A stretch of 64,000 bases of DNA from a virus (IMGVR_UViG_3300031134_000001:160001-224000); one strand, 5' to 3'; positions 1 to 9,671 are shown, counted from the first letter of the stretch. The notes: generated from the letters alone by a model not told the origin. Program-made: numbers and translations.

Positions 1-11
1 GCGAACCTATC

Positions 12-440
12 ATGAGTCGTACCGATCCGCGACCTGGACCTACGGACCCTACAGCCGATCAACGCTGCCCAAAAAACCAATTCGTGCCACGCATGTCTGG
101 ATGCAATGCTGATCCTCAAACCTGCGGCGTCCACTCTTCGCACGCTAAAGAAGTGCAACGTCGGCTCGCGGCTTTTAATGCTGAGCGTGCTGAGTTGGAA
201 CGACGGGCCGAAATGCCGGCGCCAGTTGTCCAGCTTTATATCTGGCGTCCTTCCATACAAATCCTTAATCACACCATCGTCGTTGCTGCCACCAGTTTGA
301 AAGAAGCTACTCAAGCTGCAAACGAAATGGTGGCGACAGCTGGTACCGGATTTGATGGTGGAAATTACTACGGATGGCCTGATCATTATCAGCATCCGAT
401 CGTTGCCCAAGTCGGCACCGCCGTCGGTTTAGAGTTCTAA
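12..440 (+). CDS. hypothetical protein
   Basis: ORF track; + strand like all neighbours. Confidence 0.6.
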   Translation: MSRTDPRPGPTDPTADQRCPKNQFVPRMSGCNADPQTCGVHSSHAKEVQRRLAAFNAERAELERRAEMPAPVVQLYIWRPSIQILNHTIVVAATSLKEATQAANEMVATAGTGFDGGNYYGWPDHYQHPIVAQVGTAVGLEF

Positions 441-458
441 TAGAAAAAGAGGCTGACG

Positions 459-635
459 ATGTCAATCTTTTATACGATAAAAACGATTTGGCACCACTCG
501 ATTTTAAGGCCCCGCAGTTTATTTGATTGCGTTTGGCTTGCTACTTGTATCATTTTGGCTATAGTAGCTGTATTAGTCTGGAGTGTTGGGGCAATTGAAT
601 ATTTACGCGCTCTAAACAGACTGCAATGGTATTGA
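459..635 (+). CDS. small membrane protein (58 aa, below track cutoff)
   Basis: GAGG 6 nt upstream of ATG 459; one hydrophobic helix (CVWLATCIILAIVAVLVWSV). Confidence 0.55.
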   Translation: MSIFYTIKTIWHHSILRPRSLFDCVWLATCIILAIVAVLVWSVGAIEYLRALNRLQWY

Positions 636-698
636 ACAAAGATGGATTATTCGCAAGGCGAAGTAATCACTCAGACTAACAATTAACAGGGATCAACC

Positions 699-1769
699 AT
701 GACCACGAACGGCCCACAAATCATCGCTACCATGCTCGCCAACAAGAAGATCAGCCCGCAAGAAGCGCAGTATCTGGAAATGATGGGTACTGTCCACAAC
801 AACGGCCAAGTCAAGACCGATCGCACAGGCACCGGCACGACATCCCAGTTCGGCAAGATGATGCGCTTCAATCTCCAGGAAGGCTTCCCACTCCTGTCGA
901 CCAAGAAGATCCACCTGAAGTCGATCATCCATGAACTGATCTGGTTCCTCCAGGGTTCGACCAACATCGCCTACCTGAAAGAAAACGGCGTGTCCATCTG
1001 GGATGAATGGGCTGACGCCGACGGTGAACTCGGTCCGGTCTATGGCGCGCAGTGGCGCCGTTGGCAAGACACCAAGATCATGCATCCAGTCAATGACGCA
1101 GTCAAGATTGAACAGATGCAAAAGAACGGTTACGTTCACATGGGCGACACTACGTATCGCGGTGTAGCTGGTAAAATGGTTGTGTTGGTCAAGGAATACG
1201 ACCAGATTAGCGACGCCATGCACGCGATCAAGACCACCCCTGACTCGCGCCGCATCATCGTCTCGGGCTGGAACGTTGGCGATGTGCCAGGCATGAAGCT
1301 GCCGCCGTGCCACGCCCTGTACCAGTTCTACGTGTCGGACCTGACGCTGGAAGAACGGGTGAAATGGTTTAACAAAACCACTGGCAACTATATCAAGGGT
1401 CCTGCTTCGCACGAGATGTACGACAAAGAAGGCGTGCCGCGCAAGAAGCTGTCTTGCATGTTGTACCAGCGCTCGGCTGATATTTTCCTGGGTGTGCCGT
1501 TCAACATCGCGTCGTACGCAATCCTGACCCACATGTTCGCCCAACAAGCTGACATGGCGGTTGGTGAATTCATCTGGGTCGGCGGTGATTGCCACGTCTA
1601 CTCGAACCACACGGAACAGGTCGAGACGCAGTTGCTGCGCGAAGCACGCCCGCTGCCGCAACTCGTGATCAAGCGTAAGCCTGATTCGATCTTCGACTAC
1701 AAGTTCGAAGACTTCGAAGTCGTCGGCTACGATCCGCATCCGGGTATCAAAGCCCCAGTGGCGGTGTAA
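699..1769 (+). CDS. thyA: thymidylate synthase ThyA with two insertions
   Basis: [26 protein letters not shown], catalytic [21 protein letters not shown] (Asn = dUMP-specific). Confidence 0.97.
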   Translation: MTTNGPQIIATMLANKKISPQEAQYLEMMGTVHNNGQVKTDRTGTGTTSQFGKMMRFNLQEGFPLLSTKKIHLKSIIHELIWFLQGSTNIAYLKENGVSIWDEWADADGELGPVYGAQWRRWQDTKIMHPVNDAVKIEQMQKNGYVHMGDTTYRGVAGKMVVLVKEYDQISDAMHAIKTTPDSRRIIVSGWNVGDVPGMKLPPCHALYQFYVSDLTLEERVKWFNKTTGNYIKGPASHEMYDKEGVPRKKLSCMLYQRSADIFLGVPFNIASYAILTHMFAQQADMAVGEFIWVGGDCHVYSNHTEQVETQLLREARPLPQLVIKRKPDSIFDYKFEDFEVVGYDPHPGIKAPVAV

Positions 1770-1770
1770 C

Positions 1771-2004
1771 ATGAGCTTATTCAAACGTTCCAGTGCATCC
1801 GCCGCTTCCCCAGCGATGGCGCTAGTTCTTGTTGCCGTACTTATCTGCATGGCAGTCAACACAACCGGCATCGGGAGTTACAACAAAGAACCGGGCGTGA
1901 TTGCCCGCGGTTGGTCCAAGTGGATGGCTGTGAAATTCGGCTATCAACTCCTGATCATTCTGGTGTTGTCCACCATCATCGCCACCACACTCTTCGGAAA
2001 GTAA
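1771..2004 (+). CDS. membrane protein, 2 predicted TM helices
   Basis: Abuts thyA stop; two hydrophobic segments. Confidence 0.65.
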   Translation: MSLFKRSSASAASPAMALVLVAVLICMAVNTTGIGSYNKEPGVIARGWSKWMAVKFGYQLLIILVLSTIIATTLFGK

Positions 2005-2006
2005 CC

Positions 2007-2153
2007 ATGGAAGACTACGATGACGGATTCCTTTCCAACGGGATCGGATACGATGACGATGAGGAAACGACCTGGACGAGCATTATCGTCAAGATCATCC
2101 TCTTGGGATTGTTCGCGGTGTTTCTGATCTGCACGGAAGGTAAGCATGTCTAA
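2007..2153 (+). CDS. small membrane protein
   Basis: ATG 2007 within track ORF 1911; acidic N-terminus then one TM helix. Confidence 0.55.
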   Translation: MEDYDDGFLSNGIGYDDDEETTWTSIIVKIILLGLFAVFLICTEGKHV

Positions 2154-2466
2154 AGAAGATGATTCCGTTGCTAAGTGGATACTGGCCATTCCTATTATCG
2201 TGGTAGTTATGGTGCTGTACTTGCTTGTCAGTGTTTATCGGATAAATCAAAAAGCGGCCGATGAACTACCTGCCAGGCAAGCCAGTTATCAGCAGTATCT
2301 ATTGACCCATCAATGTGTGGTCACCGGTTACGCTGGCAAACACGCCATGGAAATTTACCAGTGCGAACACGGCATGCTCCTGTCGCGTGATATCTGGACG
2401 CAAATTGAAGTCAAGGAGATAAGGGATGACCTTCGATTATTTTCAAAAGATGTCGCAAGACATTAA
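2146..2466 (+). CDS. membrane-anchored hypothetical protein
   Basis: N-terminal TM helix; overlaps previous stop. Confidence 0.65.
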   Translation: MSKEDDSVAKWILAIPIIVVVMVLYLLVSVYRINQKAADELPARQASYQQYLLTHQCVVTGYAGKHAMEIYQCEHGMLLSRDIWTQIEVKEIRDDLRLFSKDVARH

Positions 2467-2647
2467 CGCCCGCTTTCGCAAAATTACTCAGGAAACGTTT
2501 GCTGCCATTTCTGAAAGTTTTGATCGTCAGCGGGCGCAAGTAGCCACTAAAGGTCACAAAAAGAAAGTGTTCCACAAGAAGTCTCGACAAAAGGTAAAAC
2601 CTTCGTCGGTGCTGCAAAATCTTCTGAATAAAAATAACTCGCTATAA
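2426..2647 (+). CDS. basic hypothetical protein
   Basis: AAGGAG upstream; Lys-rich. Confidence 0.5.
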   Translation: MTFDYFQKMSQDINARFRKITQETFAAISESFDRQRAQVATKGHKKKVFHKKSRQKVKPSSVLQNLLNKNNSL

Positions 2648-2667
2648 GTCAACAACAAAGGAAAGTA

Positions 2668-3678
2668 ATGCAACTCGATTTGAACGCAACACAAGGCAAG
2701 CGGGTCCATGCGTCGGACAAACGCATGATCAATGCTACCACCGACGTCAACCAACTCGTACCGTTCAAGTACAAGTGGGCGTGGGACATGTATCTGGCAG
2801 CCTGCGAGAACCAGTGGATGCCAACTGAACACGACATGCGTGCTGATGCCGGTCAGTGGCAGTCGAGTGTTGTCAGCCAAGCTGATCGCTGCGCTGTGTC
2901 GCGCGCGCTGTACGCGTCGGTGTTCCAGTACGGTCAAGGCATGGACAGCATCGTCCTGGGCATCTATCGTCACCTTACGGCGCCTGAAGCGCGTCAGTAC
3001 CTGCTGCGTCAAAGCTTCGAAGAAGGTCTGTCCTCGCATGCGTTCTCTCACATCGTAGAAGCGCTGGGTGACATCCCTGAAGATACGATCGACCGTTCGA
3101 TCCGTAAAGACTACCTCGCGCCTTACCTGGCCGTGCTGTCCGATCCGAAGTACAAGACCGGCACGGTCGATACTGACCAAGCGTTGCTGCGCGCCCTCGC
3201 GGTGTACACCGTGACCATGAAAGGGTTGTTCCCGCTCGTGGACATTATCCAAGTGCTGGAACTGGGTCAGCGTGGCAAGATGGCGTCCGTGGCAGCTATG
3301 CACCGTCTGGAACTTCGGGACTTGACGATGCATTGCAATTTCGGTGTCGAAGTCATCAACGCCATCAAGACCGAGAACCCGCATCTCTGGACGCCTGCGC
3401 TGCGCGCTGAGCTGACCAACCTCATCACTCAGGCCGTCGATATCGAAGCGGCGTACATCGGTCAGATCTCGCCAGCAGACGACGCCAAGTACGCGATGTT
3501 CCTGCGCATCGTGGCCAACCGCCGCGCTAACCAAATCGGTCTGGACAACATCTATCCGAATCCTGGCAAGAATCCTTTCCCGTGGATCGGTGAACTGCTG
3601 GGTCTGCGCAAAGATGACGCCGGCTTCGAGGTGCGCGCCATGGAAACCAAAACCACAGAAACCCTGAGCTGGGACTAA
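2668..3678 (+). CDS. ribonucleotide reductase beta-subunit homologue, catalytically degenerate
   Basis: NQLVPFKYKWAW, WMPTE, EARQYLLRQSFEE, RDLTMHCNFG, NPFPW...LSWD match the Pseudomonas/Burkholderiales NrdB type; 4 of 6 metal ligands and both redox Tyr substituted. Confidence 0.9.
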   Translation: MQLDLNATQGKRVHASDKRMINATTDVNQLVPFKYKWAWDMYLAACENQWMPTEHDMRADAGQWQSSVVSQADRCAVSRALYASVFQYGQGMDSIVLGIYRHLTAPEARQYLLRQSFEEGLSSHAFSHIVEALGDIPEDTIDRSIRKDYLAPYLAVLSDPKYKTGTVDTDQALLRALAVYTVTMKGLFPLVDIIQVLELGQRGKMASVAAMHRLELRDLTMHCNFGVEVINAIKTENPHLWTPALRAELTNLITQAVDIEAAYIGQISPADDAKYAMFLRIVANRRANQIGLDNIYPNPGKNPFPWIGELLGLRKDDAGFEVRAMETKTTETLSWD

Positions 3679-3685
3679 TCATTAC

Positions 3686-3713
3686 CCCTAGTCTTTCGAG
3701 GCTAGGGTTTTTT
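3686..3713 (+). terminator. intrinsic terminator
   Basis: CCCTAGTCT-TTCG-AGGCTAGGG followed by T-run. Confidence 0.85.
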
Positions 3714-3721
3714 CTTACGTT

Positions 3722-3735
3722 TATATCACTAGGAG
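3722..3735 (+). promoter_or_regulatory. putative phage early promoter core (TATATCACT)
   Basis: Recurrent motif just after a terminator and before an RBS; resembles phiKZ TATTAC early element. Confidence 0.55.
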
Positions 3736-3742
3736 TATACCC

Positions 3743-4549
3743 ATGAAAATTTCGAACATCCCGATGATCGTCGCTCTGCTGGCCACTGCCCTGGCTGGCT
3801 GCGGTAATGACCACCCACCCGCACCACAAGCGCAATACCAGCAACCTGTCGTCATCCAGCAAGCCCCAGCCGTTCAGCAAGACAACTCCGGCACCAACAT
3901 GCTCGCCGGCGCCGCCCTGGGCGCAGCTGCTGCCATGGCACTGTCCGATCGCGATCGTCACTACGACAACCGGCCTCGCCATGTCGAGTACGAGAACAAG
4001 ACCACGATCGTCAACAACTACCACGGCCCTAAGCCTGGTGTCGCGGCACCGGTCGCCGCTGCTGCTGTTGCCGCCGCGACACCAGCACGTACGCCGGTTT
4101 CCGATCAACTGGTGAACATGGCCAAAACGACGCCGCCTGTTGTCAAGCCCAGTTATGCTGCGCCGGGCACTGCCAGTCCAGTCCCAGCGCCGTCCCAAGC
4201 CTTCCTGACCGGCAACAAGACTCTGACCGTATCGAATACGCCAGCGGTCAAGTCGTACGCACCAGCAGCCGCTCCGGCGTTGCCTGCACCCAAGCCCATG
4301 TTGGCGTTGCCTGCACCTACCCAGGTCAGCTTGACCAAACCGGCACCGACGGCAATGCAAGTTCCTAAGACTGCACAGAACGCCATCCCGCGTCCATCGA
4401 ACTACAACTACAAACCACTGCAAGCATCGTACACGCCGACCAAGTCGTATTCGTCCAGCTCCTCGTACAAACCGTCCAAGAGCTACAGTAGTTCGAGCAG
4501 CTCGCGCAGCTCCAGCAGTTCGCGTAGTTCGAGTAGTTCCCGTCGTTAA
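3743..4549 (+). CDS. lipoprotein with Pro/Ala-rich linker and Ser/Arg tail
   Basis: Signal peptide with lipobox LAGC; MLAGAALGAAAAMAL Gly-zipper-like segment; SSSSR repeats. Confidence 0.8.
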   Translation: MKISNIPMIVALLATALAGCGNDHPPAPQAQYQQPVVIQQAPAVQQDNSGTNMLAGAALGAAAAMALSDRDRHYDNRPRHVEYENKTTIVNNYHGPKPGVAAPVAAAAVAAATPARTPVSDQLVNMAKTTPPVVKPSYAAPGTASPVPAPSQAFLTGNKTLTVSNTPAVKSYAPAAAPALPAPKPMLALPAPTQVSLTKPAPTAMQVPKTAQNAIPRPSNYNYKPLQASYTPTKSYSSSSSYKPSKSYSSSSSSRSSSSSRSSSSSRR

Positions 4550-4552
4550 ACC

Positions 4553-4592
4553 ATAACCACTCCCAGCCATTGATTTGGCGGGAGTGGTTATT
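4553..4592. terminator. bidirectional-looking hairpin terminator
   Basis: ATAACCACTCCC ... GGGAGTGGTTAT inverted repeat. Confidence 0.75.
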
Positions 4593-4606
4593 AAAGGAGT
4601 GTTGTT

Positions 4607-4876
4607 ATGTCGCTTATGTATTACTCGTCCGGTTTCTCCAGTTTGTTCCATAGCTATCGTGACAGGTTCACTCAGTATTACGATCGCCCCTTTTACGCTG
4701 AGCTTAATGGTGGCAGTAATCTGCAAGAGATATATCGCCACCGGTTGGTAGTGAAAAATCAACGGGCTGCAGCACAATCCAAACGGCACAAGTCGCGCCA
4801 CATCCATGTGCCGGTGGACAAAGACGTCCCGCAGAAGATTCTGAACTTCATTAACCGCGCATGCGTATTGGAATAG
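4607..4876 (+). CDS. hypothetical protein
   Basis: AAGGAG RBS. Confidence 0.7.
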   Translation: MSLMYYSSGFSSLFHSYRDRFTQYYDRPFYAELNGGSNLQEIYRHRLVVKNQRAAAQSKRHKSRHIHVPVDKDVPQKILNFINRACVLE

Positions 4877-4931
4877 ATTAATTCAAATATACATTACTGT
4901 AGTGTCATAACCAACAACAAAAGAGGTGAGC

Positions 4932-5639
4932 ATGAGATGTTATATGAAATTGCGGGACCGTATTGATTTGGCTCAGCGAATCATGCGCGGTCAGCGTTTG
5001 GTAAACGTTGTCAATGAAACGGGTTACAGCACGGAAATGGTAAAACGTTTTGTCAGCGAAATCATCTTTCAAACGCATTGGATCGGTGTACACGCCGGCT
5101 TTAAGGTGGACATGCGCGATGTGACATCGGTTGAGCTGCGAAGAAACAAAAAGCACTACCAGCCAATCGTCAATTACTTTGAACAGCAGTGTATTGCTTT
5201 TCAAAAGAAGCCAACCCCTGACTATCCGTTTCTTTACCTGGACTTACCTAAAAGAGCTCAAGCCCCCATCTTGGCATTCATGAGCAAGCGGTTAGGTCCG
5301 CAGGTGTTACCAACCATCCAGCAAGTTGTGGATGTCTTCAAAGAAAACAGCGTGTATTACGATATGCCCAAAATGGGTGAATTGTCCATGCTCAAGTTGT
5401 TTGAGGCAATCCGGGAAAACAACTTGGAATTCATGTGGGGAGACAGGCACCTACCTCAAGTCGAGAAGTACATCGCCAGCGCAAAAATAAAACTGCGTCA
5501 CTATAACCAACAACAGAAAGCTTTACATGCTAAAAAGAATCAAGTGGTCTTTCCAACAAGCCTTCGTCGCAACCTTCGTGTGGAGCTTCACGATGCTGAT
5601 GTTTGTGGTGATCGTAGCCGGTCAACGCAGCATCCCTGA
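4932..5639 (+). CDS. hypothetical protein
   Basis: Promoter-like TACATTACT at about 4889 and CAACAACAAAAGAGG leader before ATG 4932. Confidence 0.7.
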   Translation: MRCYMKLRDRIDLAQRIMRGQRLVNVVNETGYSTEMVKRFVSEIIFQTHWIGVHAGFKVDMRDVTSVELRRNKKHYQPIVNYFEQQCIAFQKKPTPDYPFLYLDLPKRAQAPILAFMSKRLGPQVLPTIQQVVDVFKENSVYYDMPKMGELSMLKLFEAIRENNLEFMWGDRHLPQVEKYIASAKIKLRHYNQQQKALHAKKNQVVFPTSLRRNLRVELHDADVCGDRSRSTQHP

Positions 5640-6033
5640 CGTCTGGGCACTTCTGCCCGCGGTAGCAGTCTTCCCGCCCCTGGTATATCGCTGGTGTCAG
5701 TTTTACTTCATCTACGGTGTATCCGACTTCCAGACAGAAAAGCACGGTATCTCGATCGGGCATCGCAACTCGTTTGTATCGTCCAGCCGCAAACATCTCA
5801 TCCCCTCACCATGGGAGCGCGTGTCGCTGTATCCGTGGGAGGTTGTGGAGTTTGATAACGGTATGCTCATTCTTTACGAGCGCGGAACGACGATGGAAGC
5901 GTGTGAGGAGTTCTTGTCTGAATGCTTGGGCTACCGCAAATTCTGGCCGCTCATCGATAGCGGTAAACGCTACACCGGGTTCAAGGTCTACGACTACCGA
6001 CTCGGTTTTTTAAAGTTGGTTAAAATTCATTGA
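5527..6033 (+). CDS. membrane protein
   Basis: Two N-terminal TM segments; 113-nt overlap with upstream ORF. Confidence 0.6.
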   Translation: MLKRIKWSFQQAFVATFVWSFTMLMFVVIVAGQRSIPDVWALLPAVAVFPPLVYRWCQFYFIYGVSDFQTEKHGISIGHRNSFVSSSRKHLIPSPWERVSLYPWEVVEFDNGMLILYERGTTMEACEEFLSECLGYRKFWPLIDSGKRYTGFKVYDYRLGFLKLVKIH

Positions 6034-6095
6034 CCAACGGTATTAATAGGGGAGTCCTTAGAGACTCTCCATTTAACTAACAACAAGGAAACAAC

Positions 6096-6701
6096 ATGAA
6101 CCAACAAAACAGCGCAACTTCGATGGAAATGTCGTTCAGTAACTTCGACTTCAACATGAACCACATGAAGTTCATTGCCGGTCTGTTCACCAACATTCAT
6201 TCGGCCAAAGTGGCCAAGCTGGCCGAAGACATCCGCCTGTGGGGGCTGGCACGTTCGGCCAACAGCAAAAGCAGCGTCGCGTATCAAGTCCGCATTCACA
6301 GCAGCCGCGACATGGTCGTAAGTGGCAGTGAGTTCATCAGTCTGACCACCGACGAAGTGTTGTCCGATGTTGACAATATCCTGAGCGTCGGTCTGTCCTC
6401 GTACCGGCCAGATGACTGGGAAACGTTCCGGGCGGTGGTTAACCCAGAAGGTGCTCTGGAACTATACGACCGCGCCCTTCGCCTGCTTAAACCGCAGCTG
6501 GGTGAAGTCAACCTGGCAGCCTATGTCGCGCTGCGTCACCTGATCGCAACTGCCGCTCGCTTTTCTCAAGTGGCGCAGATTCAAGATGAATCGATCTCGT
6601 TCGAGTATCAAGACGGAAAAATGGTCCACATCTTCAAGGTGGTCATTCCGCACGTAGCGCCGCGCGCCATGGCCAATCTGGCAAACGAAGCAACGGCATA
6701 A
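6096..6701 (+). CDS. hypothetical protein
   Basis: AACTAACAACAAGGA leader; strong codon bias. Confidence 0.8.
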   Translation: MNQQNSATSMEMSFSNFDFNMNHMKFIAGLFTNIHSAKVAKLAEDIRLWGLARSANSKSSVAYQVRIHSSRDMVVSGSEFISLTTDEVLSDVDNILSVGLSSYRPDDWETFRAVVNPEGALELYDRALRLLKPQLGEVNLAAYVALRHLIATAARFSQVAQIQDESISFEYQDGKMVHIFKVVIPHVAPRAMANLANEATA

Positions 6702-6912
6702 CCGCCCCCTCCCCTGCCTGCGGGTGGGGGATTTGTGATATCAAAAAAATGACTACTTACGATATTGGCTACCAAGCATATAGCCAACGCCACCCACTTG
6801 ACTCCACCAAGCCCAATGTGTTTGATCCCTCCCAGCCGCAAGAATGGCAAAACGGATGGATACAAGCCCAACACGATGAAGTCGATCTGTTAACAACCGG
6901 TTAAGGTTTATT

Positions 6913-7491
6913 ATGGCTATTGATACTCTGTACGCAGCGATGTTGGCTGAACAATGCGCTGCGCGCCACCGTACGCCCAAAGCAACGGTTACGCATCCGA
7001 AAGGTGTGATCGTGCCTGGTAGCACCTTGCTCACCGAGAACATCCGCGACCCAGACTACGTGCCGTACTGCGGCCCGTGCGATCCGATGCAACGTATGCG
7101 TCGTAACGAGACGGGGTTTTACTGCCCAACTTGTTTGAATAAAACAAACTGGGACTTATCGAAATTCAACGGTAACGCCGACGTTCAGTTCGATCCTGAA
7201 TATGCGGACATGGAATGGGTGGCTACGCATCAAGCTAAAGTGCAAGCTTTGAAAGACCATGAAGCAAAGCATAAAAAACCGTTTTCAGAAAACCAAGATC
7301 CGGCAACGAAGTTCCAGATCGACTGGTCGGAAGATGCGGGCAAGAAGAACACCCACTTCCATCCGTGTAATAAATGCGGTAAATCTTTTTTTGGTAAAAA
7401 GAGCCGCAAGTACTGCGTCGTGTGCAACGAACAAAACGAAGAGCGTTTGAAACAACAGAAAATGCGCAACGATCCCATGCCGTGGAAATAA
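6913..7491 (+). CDS. Zn-ribbon protein
   Basis: Two pairs of CxxC motifs (CGPC/CPTC; CNKC/CVVC). Confidence 0.7.
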   Translation: MAIDTLYAAMLAEQCAARHRTPKATVTHPKGVIVPGSTLLTENIRDPDYVPYCGPCDPMQRMRRNETGFYCPTCLNKTNWDLSKFNGNADVQFDPEYADMEWVATHQAKVQALKDHEAKHKKPFSENQDPATKFQIDWSEDAGKKNTHFHPCNKCGKSFFGKKSRKYCVVCNEQNEERLKQQKMRNDPMPWK

Positions 7492-7507
7492 CTTAAAAGG
7501 AACCGAT

Positions 7508-8410
7508 ATGGCAGCCTACCAGATTCACACGATCCAGATGGCCAACCATCGCAAGTTGAAAGATGGGATGCATCTTCTGGACACGACTGCCAAATCGGGC
7601 GTTCCTGCGTTCGCTCCTGTCTTTTCAAATGTGATGGCTTATAAGGACGGTACGCTGTCTGAAGAAGAATACACCCGTCGCTATTTGGAGAAAATGGCGG
7701 CATCCCAAGTTACTTCCCCGAGTATCTGGGAAGAGCTGTTAGTGCATAAGCAAGTGGCTGTGGCATGTTACTGCACACCAGGCAAGTTCTGCCACCGGCA
7801 TTTGTTTGTGCCGATCATGAAAGAGTATCTGGAAGAACGCGGTCACACGGTTGAACTCATGGGGGAGTTAGGTGGCAAGCAGTATTGCAACCACATCCCA
7901 GAAGCGATCGTATCGATTCCGTTTGAGCGTAAGATCATTCCGTTTTACACACGCGACCATGTGCTGTCGAACCACGCCCCTATCGGCTTTACTGTCAAGG
8001 ACATCCATTTCAAGCATGGTGAGATGTTCCTGATGTACTGCAAGGCTGTGTTGATGGGCGACACGGAAACAGCCAACAAGATCCTGGTCACTGATAACCC
8101 ACAAGCGTGCAAGATGTTAGGCAAGCGCGTTAAGCCGTGGGATGAGCAAAAGTGGTTACTTAAGCGGCGCGGTATCAGTAACCGTTTGTGTTACGAGAAA
8201 GCGGTGCAAAACCCAGAGGTGGATGAATATCTCCTCGGCACCAATAACGATATTTTGGTGGAGGCCAGTCCCTCCGACCGCATCTGGGGTGTGGGTATTG
8301 CTGAGAACGATCCCCGTATCTTTGACGTTAACGAATGGCTGGGACTAAACCTATTGGGTGAGTCCTGGATGTGGGCTCGACGTAAGCGACAAGAAGATGT
8401 TATCTTTTGA
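7508..8410 (+). CDS. DUF488-like domain fused to NADAR domain
   Basis: N-terminal ACYCTPGKFCHRHL; C-terminal YCKAVLMGD, KMLGKRVKPWD, LVEASPSDRIWGVG, WLGLNLLG (NADAR signature). Confidence 0.88.
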   Translation: MAAYQIHTIQMANHRKLKDGMHLLDTTAKSGVPAFAPVFSNVMAYKDGTLSEEEYTRRYLEKMAASQVTSPSIWEELLVHKQVAVACYCTPGKFCHRHLFVPIMKEYLEERGHTVELMGELGGKQYCNHIPEAIVSIPFERKIIPFYTRDHVLSNHAPIGFTVKDIHFKHGEMFLMYCKAVLMGDTETANKILVTDNPQACKMLGKRVKPWDEQKWLLKRRGISNRLCYEKAVQNPEVDEYLLGTNNDILVEASPSDRIWGVGIAENDPRIFDVNEWLGLNLLGESWMWARRKRQEDVIF

Positions 8411-8419
8411 AAGTATTTC

Positions 8420-9076
8420 ATGAATCAATCAGCGTTTAAGTTTCACTTCTTCGGGGCGCTTGATGACAACAATCCCTTTTCCAAAAAGAACCGTGCAGAA
8501 TCTTTGCGCGGTGCGATTGCGTTATTACTGATCCCTTTTTTTGTTTACTTTTTCGGCGTTGCCATCGAGACTGAATTTAGTGCGTCGACATTATTTTTCT
8601 CGTGGCTGGTAGGTGTCGAGACCGCCTTGTTAGAAGTTGTTTACCAATCAGCGATGGTCGGTTGGTACGCACGGCGACGTGAGCGTGCGGGTTATAACAC
8701 AATCGATCGCTCCCCTGGTTATTTCGCCAAACACCTCACACTGTTTGATCGCTTTCATAAGCAGCTCATGTGTGACCATATTGACGACGACGATGAGCGC
8801 ATCGTCGCCTCAGCTAACCTGGACGATAACGACGGTGTGTGGTATGTGTTATGCCCAGGCAGGCACCATCACGTCATTTGGTTTATGGCCCAACACGGTA
8901 TGAATAAACGTATCGTCGACCAAGGTTTCCTGACCAACAAATACCGCTATTTGGATCGTGAAGCTGCCCGAGCGATGGCGATGCGTAATGGGCAGTGTCC
9001 TAATCCTGACCATAGCGTTGATTTGTTCTCAGAAGACCTCTGGTCAATACCTCCCTATCTCGCACAGAAAGAATAA
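8420..9076 (+). CDS. membrane-anchored conserved phage protein
   Basis: N-terminal TM helices; C-terminal GRHH...QGFLTN..YLDREAA..A..NGQ...LFSEDLW motif seen in phage hypotheticals. Confidence 0.7.
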   Translation: MNQSAFKFHFFGALDDNNPFSKKNRAESLRGAIALLLIPFFVYFFGVAIETEFSASTLFFSWLVGVETALLEVVYQSAMVGWYARRRERAGYNTIDRSPGYFAKHLTLFDRFHKQLMCDHIDDDDERIVASANLDDNDGVWYVLCPGRHHHVIWFMAQHGMNKRIVDQGFLTNKYRYLDREAARAMAMRNGQCPNPDHSVDLFSEDLWSIPPYLAQKE

Positions 9077-9078
9077 TC

Positions 9079-9666
9079 ATGCAACGCAAACCGCGCTTCG
9101 GATTTAACACGCATGGCAACGTGATCGCTCTGCCACAAAACCAATCCGGTCGTAACGTCACGATCATCGCTGCCATGGCCCGTAACAACGGGATCGGCAT
9201 CGCTAACCGAATGCCATGGCATGTGCCAGAAGACATGGCGCAATTCAAACGCTTGACCATGGGTGAACCAGTCATCATGGGTCGCAAGACGTTTGAGTCA
9301 TTGCCTTTAAATTCTCGCACAGGCGAACGGGTGTTGACAGGTCGACAGATGTTGGTGGTAACGCGCGATCCACATTTTAAAGCCAGTGAAGTTATGGCGG
9401 TAAGATCGCTTGAAGACGCACTTACCGCTTGTGGCGATCGTCAGATCTTCATCATCGGCGGTGGTCAGATCTACAAAGAAGCGATGGACAAAGATCTGGT
9501 GGACGACATGATCTTGACCCGCTTCAACAAGGTCGCGTCATGCGACACGTTCTTCCCAGAGCCGTGTCCTTCTCGATATACGCCTGTTGTATTTAGTTCG
9601 CACCAGTCTGGCAAATTGGCTTTTAAATACGAATACTGGTGTCACATCAAACCAGAGAAAGAATAA
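9079..9666 (+). CDS. folA: dihydrofolate reductase
   Basis: IIAAMARNNGIG, MPWHVPEDMAQFK, VIMGRKTFESLP, FIIGGGQIY, CDTFFP. Confidence 0.95.
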   Translation: MQRKPRFGFNTHGNVIALPQNQSGRNVTIIAAMARNNGIGIANRMPWHVPEDMAQFKRLTMGEPVIMGRKTFESLPLNSRTGERVLTGRQMLVVTRDPHFKASEVMAVRSLEDALTACGDRQIFIIGGGQIYKEAMDKDLVDDMILTRFNKVASCDTFFPEPCPSRYTPVVFSSHQSGKLAFKYEYWCHIKPEKE

Positions 9667-9671
9667 ACTAC

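Noticed and set aside
699-1769. ThyA as a DNA-hypermodification (dCMP hydroxymethylase) enzyme
   Set aside because: The specificity residue is Asn (FNIASY), and no modification genes are adjacent
4380-4549. Ser-codon tandem repeats as a DNA repeat element
   Set aside because: Synonymous codons vary, so the repeat is at the protein level
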